Positions 28,152 through 42,529 of a stretch of DNA of 64,000 nt are shown in pieces. Each line of letters starts with the position of its first letter. Position 1 is the stretch's first letter. Under the pieces are notes generated by a model that worked only from the letters and a program-made list of their open reading frames with translations, was not told the DNA's origin and did not search any database. Origin of the DNA: Octopus bimaculoides (taxonomy: Eukaryota); contig NC_068992.1 of the NCBI RefSeq assembly GCF_001194135.2, positions 67,674,648-67,738,647 on the forward strand, written 5' to 3'. A program made the translations under genes and the position numbers.

Positions 28152-29321
28152 CGCATTGTACAATATAAATCCCATCGAGTGTCATTGTTTTAATGGTGGA
28201 TAATTAACTGGAAGCTAGTCATCTTTCGTATTACAGCCCCTCAATACCTAATGTATCTTAAATGAATTTCTCTGAATAAAAAGCAAGAATATTAGCTGCA
28301 CATATCCATAATAAGCTAATCTAATCTATTTCTGTTTTTTTACATATTTAATTACATATATTCTATAATAAAGAAATGTTTGCATACAGAGATAACTTAA
28401 AATATACAATGCATCTTACATCTCATTTGATGATTATTTATTGTTTTTACAACGAGCAAATTTATGACAACGAAAATCTATTCCTCTTTTATGCTGTAAT
28501 CAATGGTACAGGCTGTCAGGACGTGCATAGAATTGCTGCTTTATTTGTTCCGATACTAGTACAGAACTAGAAAATTATATTGTAAATGTATAATAGATAA
28601 AAACAAAAGTAGATATGAACCGATTATACTACTGGTGTAAGGTCTGGAAACAAAAAAAAGTTAGCCATTAATAAGGGAATCTTAACGCAGATCGCGAAGA
28701 ACATAAATTTAAAACGTGTAATGTATTTCTTGTGTAAACCTTGCATAATTTGACTACTGATTTTCATCAAATGTCAATTTAAGAAGCATTTGTATCGTTG
28801 GCAGAAGGATATATACATATGCGTGTGTATTAAACATAGCATGTTGAGTGATTAGTATGTTTAGTGACGACCAGAGAGTTATAGAAATGTAAAGTGCATG
28901 TCGACGGAAGAGAATTTAGAAAGTTAAAGTATTTTACTAAACGCTGAGGGACAGAGACCTACCGTATCGCTACCTATAGTACCTCGAGAACAAATAACTA
29001 GTACAAATATAAGGTCGAGAAAGTTCGGAGAGCAAATCTAGAATCTGTGGGAATGAAGTCGAAAGTATTAACCATCTCTTCAGTGAGTGCAATAAACAAC
29101 ATGAGCGTATGCATATTTGTGTAGATCAGACTGCCTAGCTTGCAAATACTAGGGATGTGACATCTATCACATATAATATGATAGAATTATAGAACTGTCG
29201 TACTGCCCTCATGTGGAGGAGAGCAATCCGAGAATAGCGATCAGTTTTGAATCGTTTTATAATTAATATTACCATTTTTTTATTATTATTGTTGTTATCA
29301 TCATCAAAAATAATAATAATG

Positions 29322-29350
<29 letters not shown>

Positions 29351-29352
<2 letters not shown>

Positions 29353-30057
29353 CAAAAACATATAATGAAAAGAAACATAGCAAGTAAAGGCAGATTATAT
29401 GGCGATGGACAAGAAACAATAAACCATATTATCTCTGGCTGCCCGATCCTGGCTAAGAAGGAATATATTCACAGACACGACAGAGCTGGGACTTACATAC
29501 ACTGGAAGCTATGCCAACGCTATGGAACAACAACAGAAAAAAGATGGTATAGGTACACGCCAGAAAAGGTCACAGAAAACGAGAAAGCAACCATACTCTG
29601 GGATATGCCAATACACACAGATAGAGAAATGAAGGCCAATAGGCAAGATATAGCTATCGGAGATGATGAAGAAAAAATGCTTTCTAATTGGTGTATCAAT
29701 ACCAGCAGATGACAAGGTTTCCCTAAAAGAAATGGAGAAACTTTCAAAATACAAAAACCTGGAAATAGAGGTAACTCGAATGTGGAATCAAAAAACAGAA
29801 ACAATTCCTATCATAGTAGGTGCCTTAGGTATAATAAAAATATATTGAGACAAATACGTAACAAAAACACAAGGACTTACAAATATATATAACATACAGA
29901 AAATTGCACTACTGGGCACTGCACACATCCTACGCAAAACACTTCCAATACAGTAACCATAAGAGCATCACAGCAAATCACAGCACATACCTATGGCACA
30001 CAGAGCTGCGCTCGGTAGTGAAGTGAAAGCACGCTATAAAAATAAGACTACTGAATG
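29351..30057 (+). mobile_element. 5'-truncated R4/Dong-clade non-LTR retrotransposon (RLE type), 3' end
   Basis: Frameshifted C-terminus shows the zinc-knuckle remnant QETINHIISGCPILAKKEYIHRHD, then HWKLC, ENEKATILWD, KANRQDI (PD motif), VSIPADDKV, KEMEKLSKYKNLEIEV, PIIVGALG and LLGTAHILRK*. The element is flanked by (AAT)n at 29309-29350 and (GAT)n(AAT)n at 30060-30092. Confidence 0.9.
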
Positions 30058-31499
30058 AGGATGATGATGATGATGATGATAATAATAATAATGTAATTCT
30101 TAATAGTAATAATGGTCGTGAAAAGGACAAATACAGTGACTATGAGGATGATATTGTTGCTAATGCATATATAGAATCGACTGTGAAAGTTAAGAATGTG
30201 TGGTCAGGTATAAGGCAGTTGGTGGTTCTATGTATTTTAGGTGGAGATATTACGAGGTTACATTTGAGATCAGATCAAAGTGATTGTGTTCTTGTGCTGT
30301 TACCAACACCACTATATCTTCTTACTTTGTTGTTGTTGTTAAGACTATTGCTGTTTCCGCTGCTTTTGCAACTAACAGAATAGAATGCTAAATAGAATTA
30401 ATTCACCTGCTCTGAAGAGATAAAAGGATTTTAAAAATCGATTTAATTTGGCTTCAACAAGTCTCGCAGACTGGTGTGCAACAGAGATAGTTTTAGGTGT
30501 AATTTTGATATTCAAAAAACAGAAACAAGGAAATAGCAGACAAGATAGTATCCACTATATTATATAAGCATCGATTTAAACAATGTTTTAACTATACAAC
30601 ATGAAGACGAGCTCCGGGATAATATCCTAGTACAGAGACACAGTACTATATAAAAGATAAGTTCAGTGTCTCTGAAAGTTGAGAGTAGTTCATTTCATTT
30701 GATCTTATATTATACTAAACAACTTCAATGTTAAGGATGCTAGCTTTTGTTAAGCTATTTACATCACGTTGCCGTAAGAATGAATGCAAGTGTATACAGG
30801 ATAAATTGTACACCCCTGTATCTTGCTTGAATTTATCTTATTAGGATTTCCTTCATTGAAATTTATTAATGATTTCAGTAGCACTTTCAACTTCACAGGT
30901 GCTAATTGACGTTCGTCGCCTTTACAATGTTTTAATTATTGTGATGCAAATACTTCTCGGGAATGTTTAAATGGAATCCTTAAGTCAGATACACGGAATT
31001 ACATGTTTAAACCAATAAGAGAATACAAAAATGAAACGAAATATTTAAATTAATCCAAGTGAAATACACTTGTTTATAAAAGGAAAGATTAATTTCGTTT
31101 GGATAATACCTCTCCTTCATTGATTCTCTTGTATTGAACGCTATTGTTTTGTGGTATTTAATATCATATAACATGCAAGGCGAAAGGTGAGGAAATTAAC
31201 GACATGCACGGGAATACATATTGGAGCTTGTGAAAAGTACTTGGAAAACTAACACGTTTCCGATGCACATTCAAGCGGAAAACGACATGTCTAGCTGCAG
31301 CCAATCTGTTCATCACAACCTCACAGTATACCCCTCTGAGGTCTGCAACAATAGGAAGTGCATTGAATTTGGATTACTCATCCAAGAGTCGAATAATCTG
31401 TGATGCACAAAACTAAGAGAGACGGGTTACAAGATCGTTCTTTTTTTATTTGCTGTTTTTTTTTTTTAGATATTTCCGTTTTTTGCAATTTTATTTAAG

Positions 31500-31725
31500 A
31501 ATCCTGAGCACAATAAAAGTAACAATAACAACACTAATTATATGTATTCTTACATACGCAGCCATTATTGTAGATTGGACAAAATCTGAATTAGCAAATC
31601 TAGACAGAAGAACTAGGAAGAAATTCGATATGAATTAAGGACTCCATGCTTGAGCAGGAATAGCAAGATTATATTTACAAAGGAAGGTAGAAGAGGGTTA
31701 ATATCAGTAGAAGACTGTGGGGATT
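31500..31725 (+). mobile_element. R4/Dong RT-thumb relic
   Basis: LTYAAIIVDWTKSELANLDRRTRKK..MN*GLHA...ARLYLQRK.GR.GLISVEDC, matching the R4/Dong consensus W..ELxxLDRKTRK..LHP..RLYxxRxxGGRGL. Confidence 0.8.
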
Positions 31726-32711
31726 TAGCTAGTCTCGACATATATTGCATTATGAACGCAGCACTCGTAGCGAGAAAATCTTCAGTAGCCTATTATGAAA
31801 TATATCAACGCGGACGTTCTTTTGTTTGAATTCGGTTGGAGATTCAGAATGATTCGTGTTACACAAACATATGCGAATTTTCAAATACAATAGAACTGAT
31901 AAGATAAACACAGAATGAAGATAACACGATACAAGTGAAAATTCATTCTAATGTAAAAACTTAATTAAATTATAAATGGAATGTAAATATTTTAGATCAC
32001 TTTTAAATACATTTACATTTCTGTATCTCAAATTCTTTATGCAATACATTAAAAAGGTTAGTGGAAGCACAAATTAGTTGGGTTAGGGAGCGTCCTTAAT
32101 TGCATTCGATCGCAAATTGAATATGTACGATGTAATGTTTTGAATGTGAAGTGTGAGAGATATAATTACTAATTGCACTTGAAATAAATAGATCGATACA
32201 AACATATAACGAATACGCAAGCAGCCATAGTGAATCAATAAACATATTTAGAAGCAATTAAAGACCGACTTATTCGCTTAATAATCAAGCGTTCCAGTTA
32301 TAGAACAATGTTTTTGCATATGAAAAAACCTTGTGAATATGCAACAACCATTACTCCAAACACATCCATAGAAATGTTTAAATGAGGACAGAGCTGGGTA
32401 AAATTGAATTAGATCGAATTTATTGAATCGAAGTAGAATGTTTCAGAGATAGTACGAGTGAAATCCAATGAGAAAACTTTTAGTCGGGTTGTTCTGCCAT
32501 GTTGATGACGAACTTAATCCATTTGTCAACAGAGGTATACGCTAAATGCATATTCAGACATCAGTTAACGAAAGAGGTCTTAGAATCTCATTTCATTGGT
32601 AAAACAGAACGTGCAGAAAACCATATCCGTAAGACATCGATTCTAAAGAAAATCATATAGATAGTAGGACATCCAGCATGTTAAAGTTACATAACTGCCT
32701 GAACACTATTC

Positions 32712-32887
32712 TTATTATTATTGAGTGAGAGAGCAGCTCACGCCATTAAAGTGATACTGGGGTAAAATATACAAAGTCCAGTATGCCCATCATGACTACC
32801 CGTCTGATAAGTGTACACCAGGCACATGAGTCACAACCATATGTCCGCGACATGGTGACCTCATATCAAGATAAACAGCCCAAGACC

Positions 32888-32888
<1 letters not shown>
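32712..32888 (-). mobile_element. probable 3' end of another retroelement, bracketed by (TTA)n
   Basis: A higher-GC block lies between TTA repeats at 32712-32722 and 32889-32946. I recall it as a common octopus interspersed repeat; the family is not established. Confidence 0.4.
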
Positions 32889-32934
<46 letters not shown>

Positions 32935-32946
32935 TATTATTATTAT

Positions 32947-33850
32947 CTCTTTATGACAAGTTTTGTTGGAGCCCCTGGAGTCTAACATGCATAGCGGATT
33001 TACTATCTGCATCCTACGGTACCATGCTATTCGTTCTTTTCAGCTAGTACTTACCTGTTTATTTGGGCGGTGCCAAGGAAGCAAATCTTTTGTAACTGTT
33101 CTACTGGGCACTCTATTCCAAATTCCTTTATATTCCTCTTGATGTCTACTGATACTATTCCCAAGGACCCAACAATACTCGCTACTATCTTCATGTTCTT
33201 CATTTCCTATAGCCGGCCTATTTCGTACTTAACAGGGTTGTATATGTCTATCTTTTCGCCTTCGTCACTATTCGTAACCGGTATAACAGGTACATACATC
33301 ATTGCCCACGTTCTTGCAATTTCGTCTATTAGGATTCTGTATTTTACCATCTTTTCAAGCACTTTGCCATTTACGCGTGATCCCCAGGTATGAAAATATC
33401 TATTATCTTGGTTTCCCTTTTTTTTTAAATCTATTCCAACATCTGGTCTCCGGGCATCGATTAGCGCGCCATATTGGATCGAGAATTACCACATTCTCTT
33501 AAATTCAGTGCTGTTGGTGACACCTTCTGGTTCATGTTTGTACCATGTCCATGCCTTGCCCAGACCGTACTTTGCATATAATCCCCAGTGACCAAACTTA
33601 ACCACGTTATCGCACTACCTTTTGAAGTGCTTTTCGACCACCCTACTTCAATCACTCACAATATGTGAGATTGTTTTGTTTTTGCTGCCACACTTCCTAC
33701 AAAGGTACTTATCTTTTTCGATATGTATTTGGAATCTGCTGTAATTAGTTCTCATAGATTGTTCCTTGACGCTGTATATCAGTGCCTCACTGCATCTTCT
33801 TAGATAACTTCTTTTTAACCAGATGTTGATCTTGTCTCATGATGCAGGGA
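32947..33850 (-). mobile_element. R4/Dong non-LTR retrotransposon 3' relic with (TAA)n tail
   Basis: Minus translation gives WLKRSYLRRCSEALIYSVKEQSMRTNY..IHIEKDKYLCRKCGSKNKTISHIVS...WYKHEPEGV...ARRPDV...IPGD..EKMVKY..EIARTW...IVGSLG...CFLGTAQ. It is followed, in element orientation, by (TAA)n at 32889-32946. Confidence 0.88.
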
Positions 33851-34107
33851 AAACGTTAGATAACCAAATACCTGCAGGCCTGGAGAACTACGATGCGTAG
33901 ACGCAATTTTAGTGATTGTAAATAAGTTTTCAGCCAGACACCTTCTTGTTGACTCTAACGTTTTCACTTCTGTATTAACACACTAGAAATGCAAACCGTG
34001 AAGTACGTATAATACTACTACTACTACTGGATGGTACAGGGTGAAAATGGGAGGTGGATGAACTTCATACTGTACTGTACTACGTTTTTAACAGAATATG
34101 TCATAAC

Positions 34108-34191
<84 letters not shown>
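34108..34191. repeat. (TA)n microsatellite
   Basis: Directly visible. Confidence 0.97.
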
Positions 34192-34192
<1 letters not shown>

Positions 34193-35511
34193 TGTTGTGT
34201 TTGTGGGGATATATTTGTGTCTCATTATTTAACACACTCACCGGTAAAATGTCCATTTATTTCATTTTTATTTTTCTAAACATTCCGTTGAGTCGTGCAA
34301 CCTTTTCAAAAAAGAATTACGTGGAAATTTTACTGGAGAATTTGTTAAATTATAAGACAGAACAGAATATGCTTCAACACACGAACTCACACAAAGAATC
34401 TTGCAAACAAGATCCATAAACGATATACATGCACGCGCGCGCGTATATATATATATACGCATATATTTTATGTACATTTATGAGTCTCCTTAATTAATGT
34501 TTTTGAGAAAGTTGGATCGTTAAATTTAATGTGTAGCGAAGGTTTGATGGCTTTGGGAAATTGTAAGTTTGTTAGGCAATTAAACTAACGCTCAACTGTA
34601 TTTCATGATTATCATTATCCATCGACGCTGAACTGGATAATTCTAACATCACCATTATTCCTCATCTCATACGTAGAGAAAAGCATGAGGAACGGTGTTA
34701 TTTTAGTAATCTTTTTCAGCACCTCATCTTCTCGTGATCAGATTTAGCAATGCTGTTATTCAAGCCAGTATATTGTCTTCTTTGAGAAGAGCAATTAATA
34801 TCAACAATGTTCCAAGTGTCTTTCCTTTATGAAACTCACAACGGCAATTCACAGGAATAGCACAGCAATGCCAAGTGATCTATTTCATCATGATTTATGA
34901 TGGTCATCTTGGCGATGCGCATCATAAACCACTGCAAATTATCTAAATGCCCTGCAAATTATCTAAACAACTGTAAAATTTGTTGAATAAATCTCGGATA
35001 CTGAACACAACACAGTGACCATCACAAAGAAATCCAAATATATTCACGCAATGTTTGGTGTAAGTACTACAGCTATATTTGGTCGGTGTACTACATTACT
35101 GTTACAATTAATGTGAAGCATATGGAATTAAGCTCTACAAACAAATCAAATCACTTCGTTCGAAAGTAATGTGTTACAAACATGAAACCGAAAAAAAGCA
35201 TGTCTTTATGAACATCTCCCGTGTATAGCTATTGAGATTCATTATTGCAGTCAAAGTAACCATCTAGAATTTCTGTACTGTCGACATATATGTTTCAATA
35301 GCCGACAGAATAACTTAAACTCTGTCTTGTTCGTCTATGACAAGCCATACAACTACTACACATCCTGAAAGATGTCACAAACAAATCATTTGAGCTGTCC
35401 TTAATGCACGTTTTACATGTAATGACAAATTCTGTTTTTCATTCACGTTCGCGTATATACACATACACACGTATACTTCGATATACACTCACGTCTCCAA
35501 TGCAAATACTT

Positions 35512-35591
<80 letters not shown>

Positions 35592-35612
35592 TTACGTGTG
35601 TGTGTGTGTGTG
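35512..35612. repeat. (CA)n-(TA)n-(TG)n compound microsatellite (imperfect inverted repeat)
   Basis: Directly visible. Confidence 0.95.
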
Positions 35613-35828
35613 CGCGAGCGCATGGTTGTGTGTTTGCGTGCTACCGCTCATATGACATAAGTCCTACACCATAACTAATGGCGTACTGTGAATACACATA
35701 GCTTCCACTGCCATTAAGCACTCGGCAATTATGTGTTATAATAATGCAAGGAATCGATAAGATATATGTTTATATTAGTCATGCTCCACAAACATACACT
35801 CATAGGCATATATTCACAAATATATACC

Positions 35829-35860
<32 letters not shown>

Positions 35861-38800
35861 AAGGTATATATGTGTGTGTATATATATATATATATATATT
35901 TATATATGTATATCTGTGTGTGTGAGTGTGTATGTATTCATGTATATCGTATGTTTATATGTGTATTGTATGCGTGAGTGAGCGTTTGTATTTTTATATG
36001 AGGCCTAACGTGTGTTGGTGAAACGGTAGATCTACATTAAATAACATACACATAAACATAACCCCAATTATATGGAAGCAATTTTTATGGTGTTGATTAT
36101 TGACATATTTACACTGGCGGTTCATTAATTTTGCACGAGAATGCATGTCTCTAGGGAATGGTTTAAGTGCATCGGGTCAGATGCCAATATATTATGAATC
36201 TTAAATTATTGTCAGCAGCAGCGAATATTGTGTCCGTGGCAAATTGTACTCATAATTTAGTTGTATAAAATATCGTAGAAGAGTTCAATGAGTAGATGTG
36301 TTGTGGAAGTGAAATAATCTATTGAGAAAGAGAGAAAGAGAGAAGTGGAGGATGTATATGAATATAATATCACTTTAGTGGACGCCTAATATATATAGTC
36401 AGTCAATAGTATCTGGGAATGCAACAATACTATTTTGGAGAGGTTAGTGCGCAAATTATTATGTTGTATATTGTAATTTAATTACGGGATTTGTTCCAGA
36501 GCTGTCTCTATTCTGTTTACTCGGGACAGGGATATCCAGTCTGCTAAATAAACTGGTATTTTAGCTGTTGGCTCGTCGCTTAGAACAGCAATAGAAAAGT
36601 ATAAGTGTGATCATTGTAACCAATTGGAAATGTCCGTATATGACTTCTTTATTGAAAGCGTCTTGCAACAGCAGATAGAAAATTCTAAAGCTTACCCTGC
36701 CAACCTATGGTGCAGTTCATTATTAAATATCCTGAAGATTGCACACGGTACGTTGTGTGGAGGTATTGATGTAAGTAATTAGACGACAAGGTCCCAGAGT
36801 TGGTGCACTTATAATGTGTAATACAATAGACGAGGATGTAAATTGTGATGAAGGAGAAGGCTTGATGAGATCATGCTGTGCGAGTTGGAAGAAACGTGAG
36901 AAAATGGATGTCACATTGTCGAGAAGCACTCGCAAATTAAACAGAAAGAGGGGGAAAGGACTCTGAGGGAGGTGCAAGCAATGTAATTAGTGAAACAGTC
37001 GTTAGAAAACTAGGGAACAACAGTGAATAAAATTACTTTCATTGCTAATGTTCTGAATTTCGAGGGAGTGGACTGCAGAATAATGTGTGAGAGGAAATGG
37101 GAAAGGGTGTGAAGGGTGGTACAGCAAAGCCGTAAACAAGCGCGGAGGCACATTTCAAGTTGTATGCACATATGCGAGCAAGAGAGGTGTCTACACACAA
37201 TCACACGTTAACACAGTCTTGCTTCACAACATAAACACGCTATAAATGGACAAAATCCTTATGTCGTAAGTAGATTCCTCGTAAGTTGAGGCATATGTGA
37301 AGGCTGCTATGGAATGGCTCCCGAGATGGAGATCCTGCGTTGTTCAATATTTTATGGGGCTAAATGTAACGAACCTATTTAGCGAATAATCATAGATTAC
37401 TAGAGGACGGAGTAGGAGGTGGTAAACATGAATTTCATACGTTTGAATGTTATCATGAAGAAGAGTTATGACCTAAACAGTGACTTGTTGCATTGAAGTA
37501 GTCTGCACTCCATAACCTGTGAGGTGTGCAACACAATCAGAGAGATTAATTATTATAAGTGAAAGAGGTCGATCTATATTATGGTGATGAATATTTATAA
37601 TAACGCAGAATTATACGTGGCGTTCGTACTAACAGTCGTCTTGACGACGACGATGATGATGATGGTGATGATTTCCTCATTAAGAGGATGATGGGGATGT
37701 ATATGAGGTGAGTATATTAAGAAGATGATATAATGACAGTGGCGGTGAAAGCATGAATGATAATGATGATGGAAACAATAATGGCGATGGAGATAATGAT
37801 TACAGTATTATTACGGTCTTATTAATGAGATTGATAATCATTTTGTTAATTATACATAATTTGTATGATATGCATTGAGTAAATATTAGCACGGTGTGTG
37901 AAGTAATTATTTATGCAACACTAATAATTCGTGTAATTCTAATTTCAAATTGTCAATATTGATCGGATTGTAATTCTATTTCCGAATCTTTGACGAAGCT
38001 AAAATATGTGTGGAGATACGAACTGTGTCTGTGAGTAAAATTTGATTCAATATATTGATCTTAATATTGATTTTTGCTCAATCGGTTACGGCAATATGAC
38101 ACGCGTGTCACATTGTGTATCATCTCTATGACAGGGGCTTCCATCAGTGTTAGAGTTGAATATAGAATTAAACTTAAGCTGCCGCTCATTTAAATCCGCG
38201 TGGCGCATTGTCTTTGACTTATTGTATATTAAGATTTTGTGAAAAACTATTTGAAATCAATAAGAAATAGATGAAATGCATAAACGAATCTAAACAGTAT
38301 TATCCCATAGCTATATGTATAAGCCGTAAGGGTGTAGAAATACTGCCTGCATGCTATAACCTTCATCAATTAGAATAACATTGCGAAACCAAGCAACTCT
38401 AAATAAGACTCGGGGAAGACCGAACAATATATTACCACGACAATAACTAAAAACACAAAGTCAAATATAACATTGTCTACAGCAAAATAATTTTCAGTTA
38501 TTATGGTCACTGTATATGCTGATGTCAATCTTGAAACAAACTTTATTGTTGTTGTCTTTCACAACAATATCTGTCTTACTAGATTTGATGGTGCGATCTG
38601 TATGTACTGGAAGGTCCCAAAGAATCTACATTTTCTCCCTCAGTTACAGCCTCAGGGTAGAGCTTGTACCATTTGTCAACAGTTTTGATTTTATAATGCC
38701 GACATATTATGTAATGTAGATATTGGCCAGCTCTGTCACGTCTCGATTTATACTCTACAGGTGCTAAAACATTACACCTTGAGGTTCGCTGCTCTACTGT

Positions 38801-39572
38801 TTCAATCTAATTGTTGCAGTTAATATTGTTACTTTTTAATTACATCATTATTATCGTTCGTTTGAGAAACACGTTATGAGATTTTATTTTTCTTGAAATT
38901 AGAATCAAACAATTCTCATCGAAGAGTTTATAATCTCGCGTGGGGTTACAATAACAGTATTTAGGTATTCTAGCATTATCATTTATTTGAACGAGCCAGT
39001 CTACCTTTCTATTAAATTTATCAATAATGCTGCACAAATGATTGCCTGTCACCCCAGATGTGCTGACTACAAATGAAATGATAGAAGAATTGCCAAACAG
39101 CTACAACCTAATTAGTTCTATAGTGTGGTTGGTTTAATTACTTAGGTTTTCAGCTTGCTTATGCTCAAAATTATAGTAATTATGTTTTGGTATGTTGATA
39201 ATACATCACTTCCATTTTAGTCCTGAAAGTGAAGGCACGCACATTACGTGCTAAATGCTATTGCGTCTCTCTATTAAAGCTCCGTGGTATTACGATAGTG
39301 TCAGGTTGCAAGTGATGCGCAGGTTCATTGTATCATCACACGCATTTTAGTAAAAGGACTTGAAGCAGAGTGACCAGTTCTATACAAAGCCCTTTTCCAG
39401 GTCCTTTATGTCTACAGTTATATTTTGTTGCATTTAGTGGGGATCACTTTAGTGTTATCACTTGTTTCAAGGGAAATATGCCACGCTTGCCACGCCATTT
39501 ATTTATAGATGTGGATATTCAATCAATATATCTCGTAGGGTTGGTCTGTTACCGCATAAACAATGTTCTCTC

Positions 39573-39681
<109 letters not shown>

Positions 39682-39919
39682 CGGAGAGAGAGGGGGAAGA
39701 TAGAGAGAGTATGTGAGGGTGCGAGATGAAAGTACTTAATTTTTTTTTTTTCAAATATTGGGATATCGAGACTTTCTCGTTGTTTCCTTTTGTCGACACA
39801 GGCCGTCAGTATGTCCATGATTCATCTTGTAGTTTTACGAAGCCTAACAATTTCCTTGTAAAATATACTATTCCCGCGGTACAATCAACAAGTTAATTAC
39901 TTTTAATGATGGTGTACAT

Positions 39920-40110
39920 TGTTATGTTGCTTTTGCCTTGGTGATTCGGAAGAGGATTTTACATTTCACTTTTCAGCTTCCCATCTCTCAGACACAGATA
40001 TTGTTCTTTACTTCCAACTTTGTTATATCTCCTGAATCTGCTGTGCAATTAGTTCTCTCTTTCCAACTGCTATTGCCGTAGTTCTCTCTATTTATGTGTT
40101 GTGCAACCGA
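39920..40110 (-). mobile_element. decayed R4/Dong relic (post-RT region)
   Basis: Minus frames give WKE..LHSRFRRYNKVGSKRT / LRDGKLKSEM...QGKSNIT, resembling W.EKxLHGQFxR...WLRxGxLKxETE..AQxQAxxTN. Confidence 0.5.
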
Positions 40111-40279
40111 ATCAGGAGCGACTTCAGCATTTCTCGCTGCAGATAGAAATATTTTTCCACAACATATTTTCTAAACAAATTTTGTTGTTTTTGTTTACAT
40201 ACATGTGTATACTATCTGTTTGTTTTTTTATAAAAATTTCTTAACTTTGTTTTCACCGTGAGTGTAACTAGATATCAAA

Positions 40280-40560
40280 TATGTCATGGCGGTACAGATA
40301 TTATTTCTCGACTAAAATTGGGCACTCATATTCGATGTGGTTAATTGTTTCTTTCCGACTTACATATATTCTGCATATATTTAATGTATACCACATTATA
40401 ACCTGGTTTTGATTGTTTTCGGTGATAGCGTTTAATTCTCTACCACGAATATAAATCCTAAAGTTTTCCATCATGTATATAACAGAAAGTTTTGCAATAT
40501 TTATCTATTTCCAACTTGTTCAGTTTTTGTCCTTTCAGATATTGGCCAAATTGCTACTTT
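40280..40560 (-). mobile_element. decayed R4/Dong relic with zinc-knuckle remnant
   Basis: Minus frames give GQYLKGQKLNKLEIDK...TLGFIFVVEN*TL...CRIYVSRKETINHIEYECPILVEK*YLYRHD, which is homologous to ETINHIISGCPILAKKEYIHRHD at 29400. Confidence 0.75.
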
Positions 40561-42529
40561 ACTCATAATATCTTCGCATTCTTTTGACCCATTTTTATTT
40601 AGTTTTTTAGGTTTTTCACATTTCTTTTATTTGTATCTACCATTTCACCTTATATTTAACATTTGATTGCATCCTCGCTTCCAACTTTATAGTTCTTTAT
40701 ATTATTTATCTTGTTTCGTTTACTATATATTGTATTACACTTGATATTTGTAATAGCTTTGTAAATCTAACAGCCACTAGAAAACAATTTATTACAAGAA
40801 ATTCAGTGTAGACTACAAACAAATCTCATAACAAACAATGGAAAACTAATACGAATTGTTTCAAAACATAAAAAAAAACAAAAAAAAAGGAAAAATATAT
40901 ATATAGAAATAAGAAACACGAAATAGTATCTAATGTAATAGACTTTTTGTTTTTATTAAAGCACAGAAATAACAAGAAAAATTGCAAGAAAAATGCAAAC
41001 AAATATTTGGACCTGAAGGAAACAATACAAAAACGAATGCAAACATATATAAAGATTAAAAAAGCGCTTAAACACATTGTCTCTAACTGCTCGTTTGTAA
41101 ACAATGACAACAAAATTGCTAGAATAATATAGGTGGGCCATTCATACTAAAAAATACATACCAGCTTTATATGTTGTGAGGAACGATATCGTTTAAGCAT
41201 CTAAAGAAAAAAAGATGTTAAAGTTTGTGCAAGTGAATCCTTTCATAGAATATTTTCGTATGGATGCGTGATCGATGCTCGGGGAAAGATGATGATAATC
41301 ATCGACCGCCAGCAAAGAGAATATCGTTCGACACTATGTATTGAGAAGCAGCATTGTACATATAGAAGAAAAGGAGATATTATAGAAATATAGATAACCG
41401 GAAACAGAAATAATCAAAATACGAGAACAATAACAGAACGAATGCATATGACTATTGACCATTTGGAAATGAATAAATCTGATGTGAACTTATACATAAC
41501 AAAAATTCTACATGAAGAGAAATACATCGTACTGGGCACAACACATCCTATATTATTTGAAACCCGAAGAAAAGCACTACACTTTTGTAAATAAGGCGCA
41601 AACAACTGGCTTGTTTTTTTTAGTATAAAATCAAAGCAAGCTGTTCGATTAAAATAAGTGAAAACAAGAAGAAAACACTTGTTCTTTATAAACTGCAAAA
41701 GCAACTACATACACTAAAACGGTTAAAAAGAGGATTTCCGAAACCATGTTGGGATATAATAGGACAACTTTTAAAATTTTTGAAGAGTAGAAGAGCGTTA
41801 CCGGCAAAGAGTAAAAGAATAAATGTTATCAAAAAGAAACGATGTGCATAAAATTATATAAAATAAAACAATGTGAAAGGAAAAAAAAAGTATAACAATA
41901 ATTTGGTACGACATACCCACACTCAGAAACTCTACCGAAATGAGTGTGGGGCAGAATAACGCCCTAAACAGCCCTTCTTTAGGAATAAGGAAAGCCTGTC
42001 GTCATTAAGTTTGACCTTACGATGTAGGTCAAACTAAGTACAACCTTTACTTAGAAGAATCATTGTTTATCCTTACGCCAGAGTTTAACATTTTAAACAA
42101 GAGACATAAATTCTAGTTAAGATGTAAGCATTTTTAAAACAAATTATTCAAGTCATTCCCTTGAAAATTAATCAGTAAGAGCACCGGGATATGATAATTC
42201 CAGCAGAATTTAGTGCAATACTTTAGCGTTAATAGCTTTATTTAATTAATTTAATTAGTTTGAATTATAGAAGCTTTCTTTACACTTTCTTTCTATTTAC
42301 TATATTTATTGGGAGATCATTTAAATTCCGTTTCTCTAATCACCACCACCATGACCACTTATTTCACTTTATCTATTGGTTCAATTAATTTCCTCTACCG
42401 CATTTTTAAAACAAGATCTTCCTCTTTCTTATATTTCGTAGCGGGACACGTGAATATTTCACGGAATTAATGGTAGACCTATTGCGTTATTTCTGAAAAT
42501 TTGTCCATAAAACCTGAAGGCGTGAAAGA

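Noticed and set aside
36790-37150. Purine-rich, higher-GC stretch faintly like an RTE LINE 3' region
   Set aside because: I could not recover convincing motifs in any frame; left unclassified.
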